From the NCBI GenBank assembly GCA_973895155.1, contig OZ316897.1, positions 8,703,832-8,767,831 of the forward strand: DNA of 64,000 nucleotides. The letters are read 5' to 3'. This document shows positions 52,198 to 63,590 of the stretch, piece by piece (the first letter of the stretch is position 1; every line of letters starts with the position of its first letter). This DNA is from Marsupella aquatica. Taxonomy: Eukaryota > Plantae > Marchantiophyta. The translations under genes were made by a program, and so were the position numbers. The notes under the pieces are model-generated. The model did no database searches. It was not told the origin of the DNA and saw only the letters and a list, made by a program, of their open reading frames with translations.

Positions 52198-53020
52198 GAC
52201 TACCTTGGTTGGGTTCAAAACCCAACTGACCTGCCCAACGTTCACTCCTTGATCTCCCTGAATCGCTCGACAGTCACTCCAATCACCCGAAAGGCAATCC
52301 CAAGTGATTTCACAATCCCCCTTCACCAGCACCAGCTCCCTGAATCGCTCTATACTCACTCACTCCCAATCGCGCGCAGTCCCCCATGACCAGCTCCCTA
52401 AATCGATCTCTCCCAATCGCTCCCAATCGCGCGCAATCCCCCTTCACCAGCACATCAGGCCTTCGATCGATCGATTTGCGAGCTCCAATAGTGGAATCCC
52501 TCCCTAAAACAATCCTCCTCGCTCATCGGCCGCCATCTCTCTAAAATCCTAAACCCTCGCCAAAGATAAGGCATACGCGCAACTGATTGTGCACCCTAAA
52601 CCCTAGCAATGAAGTAGCAAAGCAGGCGCAACCTAGACGTGTTACATGAAATAGAATTCAAAGTATACATACACCATGTAGTATTCTGTGTTGTATTCTC
52701 AACATACAAAAGAATGTTGCATCTCAACATACAAAAGAATGTTGCAACGTGTTACATAACAGATAGATCAGAGAATACATAAACAATGTTGTATTCTATT
52801 CATAACGCAAGAGAAAATACCCATTACACAATACAGGTTTTCAAAATTAATTATGCAACTGAAGGGCTCCCCCAATACTCATCTGAAATGCAAATTGTTC
52901 ATCATTGAAGCTACGGAGAATGCTAAATGACACTAAATCATCTTACCAAACCACCAATCTCTTCAAGAAATAACAAGAATACAACAACCAAAACGTATTC
53001 TGCATGACACAACATCCCTA

Positions 53021-53659
53021 TCATTTGCCTTTCGAGTCTTTGGCGGATTCGATGGTGGACAAGCGAAACTTTGAAATCATTGCTGCAGTCACCTCCAACT
53101 GCTGCATAAGGACATCAGCATCCACAAGATTGCTTCTGCTGATCACTTTCTCAACTCTTGTTCTCACAGGGGCACGACTAGGAGGGCATCGCCACATCTC
53201 AACAACAAGCTTATTCACAACAGCAGAGTGTCGTCCTGCCTTAATCCACACTAGACAGTATGGGATTTGAGAAATTTGCTGGTGCATTGTTTCAAGTTGG
53301 CGAATGGTACCATACTCTGCAAATTCATCAGCAGTCATGTCCACAAGCTGTCGTGCAGCTTGAAAGATAGTGGCCTTGAATGGCCCAGTGTTCTCATATG
53401 CATCCACCATGCAAATATCGAACCTATACAAATGACAATTGTTACCGTCTACCAGTGGGTCGTGCTTGCATTGCTCCGCTGCCTCAATGGACTTCCCACA
53501 AACCAAACCACCGCCAATGCCATGCCTGCAACCTCTGTAAGTGAACTTTCTGGGCCATGGGAAATCAGAGTGAAAATTATAAACATATACCGGGATTGGC
53601 CCAATGATGCTGTCTGGCCGCTCCTTCATTGCAATTCGCACATCCTCAAGGGTCGACAT
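53021..53659 (-). CDS. MULE accessory gene 2: intronless 212-aa protein resembling the RPA70 C-terminal zinc-binding OB fold (DBD-C)
   Basis: RPD..FTYRGCRHGIGGGLVCGKSI..CKH..YRFDICMVD..TGPFKATIFQAARQLVDMTADEF aligns by eye with recalled plant RPA1 KPD..FCYTACPLMIGDKQCNKKV..YRY..IQDHTGLTWITAFQE. Confidence 0.75.
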   Translation of the reverse strand: MSTLEDVRIAMKERPDSIIGPIPVYVYNFHSDFPWPRKFTYRGCRHGIGGGLVCGKSIEAAEQCKHDPLVDGNNCHLYRFDICMVDAYENTGPFKATIFQAARQLVDMTADEFAEYGTIRQLETMHQQISQIPYCLVWIKAGRHSAVVNKLVVEMWRCPPSRAPVRTRVEKVISRSNLVDADVLMQQLEVTAAMISKFRLSTIESAKDSKGK

Positions 53660-55399
53660 AGCAGGAACACGAGCAAGAACACGAGCGGGAACAGCAGGAA
53701 CAATAAGAACCAGCAACACGAGCCGGAACCAGCAACACGAGAAAATGCGAGAAAATGTCGAGAAACAAACCAAATGACAACAAAACAAGTTCCGAAAGGG
53801 TTCCATAAAGGGCAGGCACATTTGAATTTTGAAAATTATTCCTTTAAGATTTGTACACATTATGGACAATGTCTTCATAAAAGCAAGGAGGTTCGGGGAG
53901 GTACGGCTTGCCGGCTGTTGCGAGCTCCAATAAACTATTTCCTTTGTATCTTGAACACTAAAGTGACAATGTATTTTGAAATCCTGTGAGGCCGGGCACG
54001 AAGGCTCCAATGCCACCGCAAACTCGTTCAATTATTGTTTTGAATACAATAATCATACTGTATTCACAAAAACTGCCATGGTGCTGAGCGGAGCTCGATT
54101 GCCACCAGGGCTACGACGCTTGTGGACTGCGACGTTATTGACGGTCGACTACACATGACCAACCACGGTTTCCACAGGGTACGCAGTGGACTCGAACTGC
54201 GTGGTAAGCTGTTTCATAAGAACATGCCTGTACGGAGTGGGCCCGGAGGTCCATTGGGAGAGAATCTAAACTTTGGGGTCCATTGGGAGGGCGTGGGAAA
54301 CTTTTGGTCCATTAAGAGAGAAAGTTGCATTTGGAGGTCCACTAAGTATATCTCTCTAAGATTCCCAAGCCTGCCTGGGATTTAGAAATATATAATGGAT
54401 TTTGATTAGGATAGGAATCCCAAGCTTCCACGTGGTTGTAAATAAATGAGGCTGGTGGTGGGATTCTTAAACTTGTACAGATAAGATTCCCAAGCCCGCA
54501 TGAGACCTAACAAAAATTGGAATTTTGACTAGGATAAGAATCCCAAGCTTCCACAGATAGGATTAATAAGCTTGTATTTTACCTCTCATTTTGCACAATT
54601 TTAAAGTACGAAAGCTTTACTTTCAGAGGAAGGGATATTTTGGGATCTCATCTGAGCTTCAGGGTTTGGATGCAGATCCCATTCAGGCTTATGTATGGTA
54701 CGTACTGGTCTGAAAACCTATGAATTTCTTCTGAGATAACATTTATTTTCCCCTGAGTGGGAGAGTGAATGAAAGAAGGTATGTCCCTGGGTATGTCCAC
54801 CTTGATGAGTTTAGAGCCTTTAACTTCTAAAGATGAATCCAGGGGAGAGCAACTGACAACCTGAGAGAAACTAGTTGATTTGCCATTCAGACTCTTGGCT
54901 ACAAAGGTTTGGCAAGGTCCTCAGACTCACATAACCCTATTAGGCACAAACTAAACATGGAATACAATCCCAAAATACTATTTATTGTTTTTACAGAGTA
55001 CTTTGCTCCTGCTTTGTTACTCTATGGTCTGAATGGGTCAATCCCATTTTCTAGAAACAACCTTTGTGTCTATGGGGGTTTTTCTTTCATGAATGGGAGA
55101 ATATAGATTTCTTTTCCCCCAAGAGAGTGAATGAGATGGCTAGATGGAGGGTCAGGATCTTCAACCATGGGGTCTCATATAGAAAAGTTGATCATCCAAG
55201 GTTGAGTTTTCCACCTTATCATTCAAGTTATTTTGCTGTCAAGTTGTGAAATAATTCAAGCAAGCTGAAAGGTTTTGACTATGGCTAAAACTCACACACA
55301 AGGCCCAAGGTGCACTATTTGAATAGAACTCCCAAAGCCAAATATATGAACACAAAGCCAGGCTCTGCCTTGGTTTAATCTGGTGGATGACGGTAGGTT

Positions 55400-56706
55400 T
55401 CCTTCTCATCTGGCCCTCACCCCCAATGGTTGGATAGAGGTTTCATGGCGAACTCGCCACTGGGTTCATTGACAAGAGTCTCTAAATTTGGACTGGTATT
55501 GACTTTCCACAAACTGACATGAGTTTCAAGTTCCTGCTGCTCTTCCTGAGTCGTCGGAATGCTGACAAGTACACAAGGTTCCATGTGGAGGATACTTTGC
55601 CCTCATTCCCAGTGGTCGGAGGTAGGTTCCATGGCAAACTCACCAAATGGGTTCATTGACAAAATTCTCTAAAATTGGACCCGTACTGTGTTTCTGACCT
55701 GAGTTTCGGGTTCCTTCCGCTCTCCTCATTTGTTGGAAAGCTTTAGAGTACACAAGGGTTTCATGGAGGATATTTTGCCCTCACTCCCAATGGTCGTATG
55801 CAGGTTCCATTCATTGATAATAGTCTCTAGAATTGGACCTGACCTAGCTTCCACAAACTTACCTGAGTTTCAAGTTCCTTTCGCCCTTCAAAAGGTTATA
55901 TGGAGGATACTTTGCCTGGCCTCACCCCCAATGGTCAGATACAGGTTCCAAGCATGGCAAACTCACTAAAGAGTTCATTGACAAAAGTCTCTAAAATTAG
56001 ACCTGACCTGAGTTTCCACAAACCGACCTGCTTTAAAGTTCCTTCCCCTCTTCCTGAGTTGTTGGAAAGTTGACGAGCACACAGGGTTCCATGGAGGATA
56101 CTTTGCCCTCACTCCCAAATACCGGTTAATTGACAACAGTCTCTAAAATTGGGCCTGACCTGAGTTTCCACAAACCAACCTGAGTTTCCACGAATTGACC
56201 TGAGTTCCGAGTTCCTTCCGCACTTCCTGAGTTGCCAGAGAGCTGACGAGTACACAGGGTTCCATGGAGGATATTTGCCCTCACTCCCAAATACCGGTTC
56301 GTTGACTAAACTCTCTGAAATTGGAGCCGACCTGAGTTTCTACAAACCGACCTGAGTTTCCACAAACCTACCTGAGTTTCAAGTTCCTTCCCCTCTTCCT
56401 GAGTTGTTGGAAAGCTGACGAGTACACAGGGTTCCATGGAAGACACTTTGCCCTCACTCCCAAATACCGGTTCATTGACAACAGTCCTGAAATTGGACCC
56501 GTCCTGACTTTCCACGAACCGACCTGAGTTTCGAGTTCCTTAGGCTCGTCCTGAGTCGTCGGAAAGCTGACGACTACGCAACAGTCTCTGAAATTGGGAC
56601 CCGACCTGAGTTTCCACGAACCGACCTGAGTTTTCACGAACCGACCTGAGTTTCGAGTTCCTTTCGGCTCTTCCTGAGTCGTCGGAAAGCTGACGACTAC
56701 GCAACA
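55400..56706. repeat. Tandem array, ~175-bp unit x~7 plus two shorter terminal units
   Basis: ggttccatggaggatactttgccctca recurs near 55578, 55757, 55897, 56084, 56258 and 56430; gacctgagtttc subrepeats. Confidence 0.92.
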
Positions 56707-56861
56707 CCAAAACCGCATCATGAATTGAATCCCACGAAACAAAATGAGACAGATCGTCCTGCCTTTCCGCATAGCTGAGGAATGGAATGGAGTGGAGTGG
56801 AGTGGAGTGGAGGCTAGCCTCGTCGTAGTGATCATCGTCGCGGCGAGCAGCCATTACTTCA

Positions 56862-57330
56862 CCCTCTTCTTTTCTCCTTCTTCTGAGGTTTGAAGAGTCT
56901 CTGCTTTCTACTGTTTTCTGTTCTTTTCTGCTTCTTCTGAGATTGAAGAACCTCTGCTTTCTACTGTTCTGCTCTTTTCTTCTCCTTCTGAGGTTTGAAG
57001 AGTCTCTGCTTTCTACTGTTCTGTTGTTTTTCTGCTTCTTCTGAGGTTGAAGAACCTCTGCTTTCTACTGTTCCGCTCTTTTCTTCTCCTTCTGAGGTCG
57101 AACAGTCTCTGCTTTCTACTGCTCTGTTCTGTTCTTTTCTGTTCTTTTCTTTTCTGTTCTGTACTTCTCCTTCTAAAGGTTGAAGTGCCTCTACTTTCTT
57201 CTGTTTCTGCCCTTTTCTTCTGCCTCTTCTGAGGTTGAAGAGTCTCCGCTTTCTTCTGTTCTTCCCTTTTCTTCTTCTTCCGAGGTCGAAGAGCTTTTGC
57301 TTTCCTCCTCTTCTGGGCTTGAAGATTCTT
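56862..57330. repeat. Pyrimidine-rich ~50-bp minisatellite upstream of the 57412 gene
   Basis: About 9 copies of ttctgaggttgaag..tctgctttctactg. Confidence 0.88.
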
Positions 57331-57411
57331 CCCTTGCGTGGACTGTGGAGGTCCCGTCGACAATTATGCAGGGGTTGAATTGCGGTGCCAATTCGCGGAG
57401 CCGTGGGACTT

Positions 57412-58065
57412 ATGGACAGCGCGAAGTTCCTTAAACTGATCGAGGAGAAGAAGAAGCAAGCTCTCGAGAAGAAGGAGGCCCCTCGGAGGTGGCAGCGCGA
57501 GCTTGAAGCGGGAGCCGCTGCGTACGAGGCGAAACTCAAGGCCGCTCGAGCGGAGCGAAAGGCTCGCAGGAAGAAGAAGCAGAAGAGGAGGCGGAGGAGG
57601 AGCTCGTCTGCGTCATCTGGCTCTGACTCGAGCGACGAGGACGAGGATAGCCACTCCGACGGCGAGAGGACGACGAGGAAGGCGAAGAAGAGGAGGCACA
57701 GGAAACACAAGCGGAAACCTAATAGCAGCAGCAGCAGGAGACGTAGGAAAGTCTCGGAGTCGGATTCGGATTCCGACTCTTTGAGCGCTTCTTCCGAGGA
57801 CTCGAAGGAAAGGCGCGAGAGGAAGTCGCACAAACGGCGAGCGAGGAAACATCGACGGAGAGATTATTCAAGCACGGAAGGTGTGGCGTCGGCTGACTCC
57901 GCTGGGAACCACAGGGAGAGGCACAGGAAGAGAAGACGCAGTTCTGAAGAGGGAAGCGGGGATGACAACGAGCACAAGGAAACCTCGAGTAAGAAGCAGC
58001 CTCGCGTCCCCGAGGCCCAAGGCGATTCGTCTGGTTCAGAAGCTTATAAAGGGGGATCTACTTGA
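57412..58065 (+). CDS. Intronless Lys/Arg/Ser-rich, probably nuclear, protein of unknown function
   Basis: The N-terminus MDSAKFLKLIEEKKKQALEKKEAPRRWQRELEA resembles a recalled conserved plant uncharacterised family. It is followed by basic and SD-rich tracts. Confidence 0.75.
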   Translation: MDSAKFLKLIEEKKKQALEKKEAPRRWQRELEAGAAAYEAKLKAARAERKARRKKKQKRRRRRSSSASSGSDSSDEDEDSHSDGERTTRKAKKRRHRKHKRKPNSSSSRRRRKVSESDSDSDSLSASSEDSKERRERKSHKRRARKHRRRDYSSTEGVASADSAGNHRERHRKRRRSSEEGSGDDNEHKETSSKKQPRVPEAQGDSSGSEAYKGGST

Positions 58066-60530
58066 GAGGTCCTCTGGAAGTTTTGCATTGCCAGTTGATG
58101 GCGGAGCGAGACTTCTGAAAGGAGCGGTGGGATTGAGAGAAGCCGGGGAGATTGATCTGAGGCACAACTTAGAGATCCCGAGTGAATGGAAGAGGAAATC
58201 CTTCTCTGCAATAATATCGAGGAAATCTGTGGAATTTCTTTCTCGGTTAAGTCGCAGAGTAATATCCTCTGTTGGCAATGTTCACGGCCGTGACATCGAG
58301 GTCATTTGTGTACTCTTAGGGTGCTGTGGTCTTATCTGCGCAATTCAAGCGGAAGTCCTGATGCCTTCTAGTAGGGTTTAGGGTTTAATCCTAAGTCGGG
58401 TACACGATGGACGAAGTTGGTCATGATTGAATCCGAACAGCATCAGGAGGATCATGCATATGTTCCGGACGACAGGACGTGTACTATGGGCCAAGTCGAG
58501 TCCCTCCAACACTTTTCCAATTCCTGGAGCACCGCACGTCGTCCACGAGCAAGAGAGGTATTGTAGATTTAGCAGAATTGAGAGCGGAGCTTCTCAGAGA
58601 TGGGTTTTCCTCTCTAGTTGCCCTTAAGATCCTCGTTCATACGCACCGTGAATCTGTTGGTGCTCGATGAGGATCGGCACATCGGCTTGCATTTCACAAT
58701 GTAGCTTTGTATTGGGACACTTAGAGTTGAGGCATATTTGCCCCACGCCATTTCTTTAGGAGTAGACAACAAACTTTGCGTTCTACTATGTTCAGGGAAG
58801 GCGAAAGGCATGGGTGACCTAATGTGGTCCTCTGCAAATTCCCTTCAAAGGATTTGACAGGAACGCCAAAAACAATTCATGGTCGCATTCATCTAGGTAT
58901 CGTTTTTCCTCGTGCCTTATTTGAGGATTTTACTCCAAACTAGCAGCATCTTGCAGAGGAGTCTCGGGTTGTAAACGAAGGTTCTTCCACTGGATTTATC
59001 TCAATCAATTGAATAACAGTGGTAAACTTCTAAACTATTTTATCGTCCAAACACTTCCTCTGGCATTTGCAGTACTCTACATAACTCTATACCCCGGAAC
59101 ATTGTGTGCTTTGTTTGGTTTAGGTTACAGCAAAAGCAATTGCTTTGAGAGTAACTTCAATTTGACATGCACGTGACTTGTATAAGTAAACTTGGAACTC
59201 GTTAAGATGAGGCTAGTTCAGATTAAAAGCAGTCATTCTTTTCACTTCCAGGAGAAACAATAGTGCATGCAATACTGGCAGTACTGTTTTTCTTCTCCAT
59301 TGGAATTGTGGAGAATCTTGAGAGCTTGGAATATTTTTTGCCTTCATCGCTATAAGCGAAATGGTTGAATGAACATGTTCCGTTCTTGACAGTTGTTTTC
59401 CCGTGTCTTTATCAAGATCATGTATGTTTTGAAATATGTTTGACAGATGGTCTGCCATGGAATTGCTTGAAATAGACTTCCTTATTAAAAAGATGACAGA
59501 CAGGTAAAATTCAATTTCATGTTCTTCCAGTATTGCGAAGGAGGATGATAGAATCGCGCTGAGAAGTGCTCGAGGATAGGAAAACATGTGATGGAACAAC
59601 CTACTTAGTATTTCGACATTCTAACATCAAAACCACAGAGACTATTCGATCCACGAACAATACTCTAGTGCAACCGACCCCCAATGTGAAAACCATTCTG
59701 TTCATGACACAAAGAATCTCCGTGCTTTCTTTCTTTCATGAAGTGCTTGTCATCTCTCGCAGTCTACCCTTGAATCAGAATAAATTCATTAGCCGATGGG
59801 CTGATGCACGGAGACCCCATCCAGGCTGAAACTCCAATCCATTGACAAGGAAGGGAATTTGAATCCTTCTTACTCAGAGGACACATTCCAGAAAAGAAGT
59901 GCATCTTTGGACAGTAATTACAAAACCAGCACCAGCGAAAGTAACAAGTGATGAGCTTGTCAATTTCCTTTAGTACATCTTTCCAGGAATGATACTCTCA
60001 AACCACTTCTTCGAGGCATGACAATTAAGTTGGGAGACGCAAAAATTGATGGAGTCCAATTTACTCATGACGCGTTCCCACTTATAACTGGTAATTTCTG
60101 GCCTGCCTGTACAGATTGGGGCGAAGGGTAAGCAAGACTGACTTCTCATCTGTCACCAGGTTTGGTACACTCGGCTTGAGTAACTTGCCCCACAGAAATT
60201 TGATGGCAAGAAAATTGCGCAACTTTTCAATACTGCAAGAATGGTAGAAATGCCAATTTGAATAAATCCGAGCAATGAAACGGATCCAGGTGATGCAACG
60301 ATCTCAGGACCGTGATATAGTACATTCACTGAATTGGTAGCAAAAGAATTTCAGATCAAGACACATGAAGGTATTCATGTAGTAAGGAAGGCTTGCTGGG
60401 TCCGCTTGCTCTGCAAATTGGCCATCCGATAGTTTTCGAGATCCACAGCAATCAGTTCGGGGATATAACCTTTAGGACAACATCATCATAATGCAACCAC
60501 TTTCCCAGGTCAGACAGCCCCATTGGACGC

Positions 60531-62692
60531 CTAAACTTCGGCTTTCAGCTTCTTTGCGATGGTAGCAGTGTACTTTCCCTGATGAAAGGCTGTATCCAGT
60601 TCGAGCTTCGTGGGTTGACGCGATCCATCTACATTGGCGAGGGTTCCAGCTCCATAAGGAGACCCTCCCTTAATTTCACCCATTTCGAACATGCCAGCCC
60701 CAAATGTGTAAGCAATCGGCACAAATATCAGTCCATGGTTTACAAGATTTGGTATGGATGTCAAGCTGCACAATCACATCGATGAGTGTATATGTTAGAT
60801 GAAATGCACACTGCAACATAATCATACCCATCACGGCAGTAATGGTATCCTCACGGAACTTTAGATGACCAGGACGCTTTGCTCGACTAGCCACCTAAAG
60901 TTGCTCGGATGAAGCTAGTTTAAATGCAAAAGGAATTTGCAGCTCAAAACCGAGCAGTGAAGGAGGAATGAATTTACTAACAGGGAAGGACTCTTGCCTC
61001 GCGTCGATTGAGGACAGCAATGCACAACATTTGGCTAGAGTATATAATAGTCTTGGGTGCTAGTACAGAGACAAATTACTTTTCAATAAAGGCCTGTGGA
61101 CTATGATGATGGAAAATATCAACGTGAAATATTTATTTCCTCTTGGCGGTCACTTAGGTTCCCACTGCCTCAACTTTTCATACTGCTCCTTATCTCATTT
61201 AGCCTTCCCAGCTGGCTGGTCAAAGCAGCCCAATCATCCGGATGAGAATTCGAATGAAAAAGAGCAATCGGGAGACTTTGGGAGAGTTCTCTCACATACT
61301 ATATCAAACGAAAGAAGTCTCCTACTGATCTCGTCTCTCTTTGAGAAAACGAATTGAAGTGGACATGGGGGTGGAAATAAAGAGGAAGTCCAAAACTTCC
61401 AACCCTGGACTAAGATCTGCCGGGTCCTTACCACCGTGAATCGGGACTGGGATTAATCCCAGAATTTGCTACGGAACAAAACCTTAGTCTTCGACAGAAA
61501 ATTGGTCTCGCATGGGACCACCAACACTGGAGAGTCCTCTGCTACATCAAATGGGGCTGAGTGAAACGGGCTTCAGAGGGAAATCTTGGACGGAACAGCT
61601 AAGGAGAAGAATGCCTCCCTGAGACCCTACGACACTGAAGAGAAGGCATTTCGATGCCGAAAACCATCGACTGACTCCCTCAGTACGCGCAAATGGAGAG
61701 GAGAGAACGACTAAATTTCAACTATAAGAGAGAAGGGACCAGACATTCCCGCAGCTCAGAAATGACGAGCTCATGACACCGTATTAATCCTTTTCTGGAC
61801 AAGCCAACCGACAGGAGAGAAACAAAACTCCAACCTCAGAGATATGGGGCGGAATCAGCACTCACACAGTCGTCTCTTGGCCGCCACCCTGTGTGCCGGT
61901 GCTGTAGAAGAAGCCGGCAGGTTTGCCAGCCAGAGCTTGTTTTTGCCAGAGTTGGCCTGTGGAGTCGAAGAAGGTTTTGAATTGTGCCGGCATGCAGCCA
62001 TAACGTGTGGGAAACCCGAAAAGAAACCCATCAGCTTCTGGCAGGGTGTGAACATCGATAATTGGGACGTCAGGATTCTTGGGTGGCGCATGCATTCTCT
62101 CCAGCACTTCCGCAGGAAGCGTCTCCGCTACCTGTCATAACCCACCATCGTTGCCACAAGGTCAATCTTTCAATCTTTCAGTCTCTCAGTTACGTCACAC
62201 AGAGACGGAAAACTAGCTACAACACTACCTACCCCATCTACTCTGCAATTTCGATCCGAAGATAGCAAACCATCGATTGAGCTAGTAATTCTGTTCTTTA
62301 AAACAAAGAAGGAATCAACACTGCAAATTCTGCAGTCCAGAAACTCGAAAATGAGTCTGCACTGATAATACTTCCGATCGAGGAGAAAGGAATGCAGCTT
62401 ATCCTGCTGATCGGTATTTTGCGTTTTAGCTCCGCAGTAGGCAGTCTAATTTGTCTAATCTGCAGCTATGATCCTAGGCCAGGAACCTACCAGCAATTTC
62501 ACTCTACAATACTCTGATCCAAAGGCAGGAAAGTAGTAAACAAGCTATAACAACAAACAGAGTGCAGATCCAGGGACAGAAGGAGAAAGTATGCACACTT
62601 GATATAGACTGGCTTCGACGCCCTCCACAGAATTGGCCCCCTTAACGATCTCCTCTGCCAGCTTTGCCACATGGCTATACATGGAGTAGTAA
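60531..62692 (-). CDS. FQR1: Flavodoxin-like NAD(P)H:quinone reductase (FQR1/WrbA family); exons 62692-62599, 62131-61866, 60765-60531; first exon not located
   Basis: [72 protein letters not shown]. Confidence 0.9.
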
Positions 62693-63422
62693 CTGCAAAG
62701 GACAATCATCCATGCTCACCAATTGAGTAGATTCTGGTCGTCTGCGATATATAATTGAGTAAAAGCAACAACAGATTTCCAATCTGTTTTATATACTTTC
62801 ATAGTACCCCAAAGAAAAGTAAGGGAACAACAGATCCTCTTCAATCCACTCTAAACTTCATTTCACATCCAAACGCAAGTGAGGAAAAATAGACTCTCTT
62901 TAACAAATCCATTCCAAACTTCGAATAGTGTGACTGAACAGTTCGTGAGAATCCATCCCCAGCTGCACGAAGTATTATCATCAGGTCTGCTTTTGAGATC
63001 ACCGGAAATAGCCGATCATCTTCAAGCCATTGTCTCATATAACCAAGGCAAAAAGCAGCCATTGCTGTGGCAGGCAGACATTTGTGACTTCTCACAGCTA
63101 AGCCCAACATCAATCAATGCACCAATTAATCAATAGATCATCAATCAATAGTTGGAAACATTCCTGTGACACAATCAGCACATGACCTCCAAGGTGCATA
63201 GTTACTAAGTACACTCACATGACCCATACTTTCGTCACCATCTTGTCCTCCTTCCTTCTGTTTCTTCCTCTGCTTCCTCAGGTTTCCACCTGTTTCTCTT
63301 GCTTTGCCTTTGCCGGCCAAACTCAAGGGGCAGCACGAGCTTCAGAGAAATCAATTTGAGTGAAACTTTCTCGACAGAAACGCAATTGATTCCGTTCAGG
63401 AACAGGAACACAGAACAATGGT

Positions 63423-63590
63423 GGTTTAATGAACGACGAAACTAAACGAATCTTATTCTTATTACTATTGGTGGAGAGCTCGGCCGAATCAGATTCTTCC
63501 CCTCCTGGTTTAATGAACGACAGAATTAAACCAATCTTATTCTTATTACTGTTGGTGGAGGGCTGGGCCCAATCAGATCCTTCCCCTCCA
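63423..63590. repeat. ~84-bp direct duplication
   Basis: ggtttaatgaacgac...cttcccctcc occurs twice. Confidence 0.85.

Larger units (their letters stand above)
43634..54356. mobile_element. Full-length Mutator-like element (MULE), 10.7 kb, three genes
   Basis: TIRs gagagatatacttagtggacc... are identical over the first ~73 bp. The 9-bp TSD taagattcc lies at 43625-43633 and 54357-54365. A MuDR-type transposase is inside. Confidence 0.96.

Noticed and set aside
53267-53989. 240-aa plus-strand ORF, and the N-terminal extension of ORF 53021-54031
   Set aside because: The plus-strand ORF is an antisense shadow of the RPA-like gene. The extension is low-complexity leader upstream of the ATG at 53659.
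59213-59599. 128-aa minus-strand ORF
   Set aside because: No recognisable motif or joinable exon chain.
62720-62742. TTRIY segment as the missing FQR1 exon
   Set aside because: It would need a 27-nt intron and gives the wrong phase.
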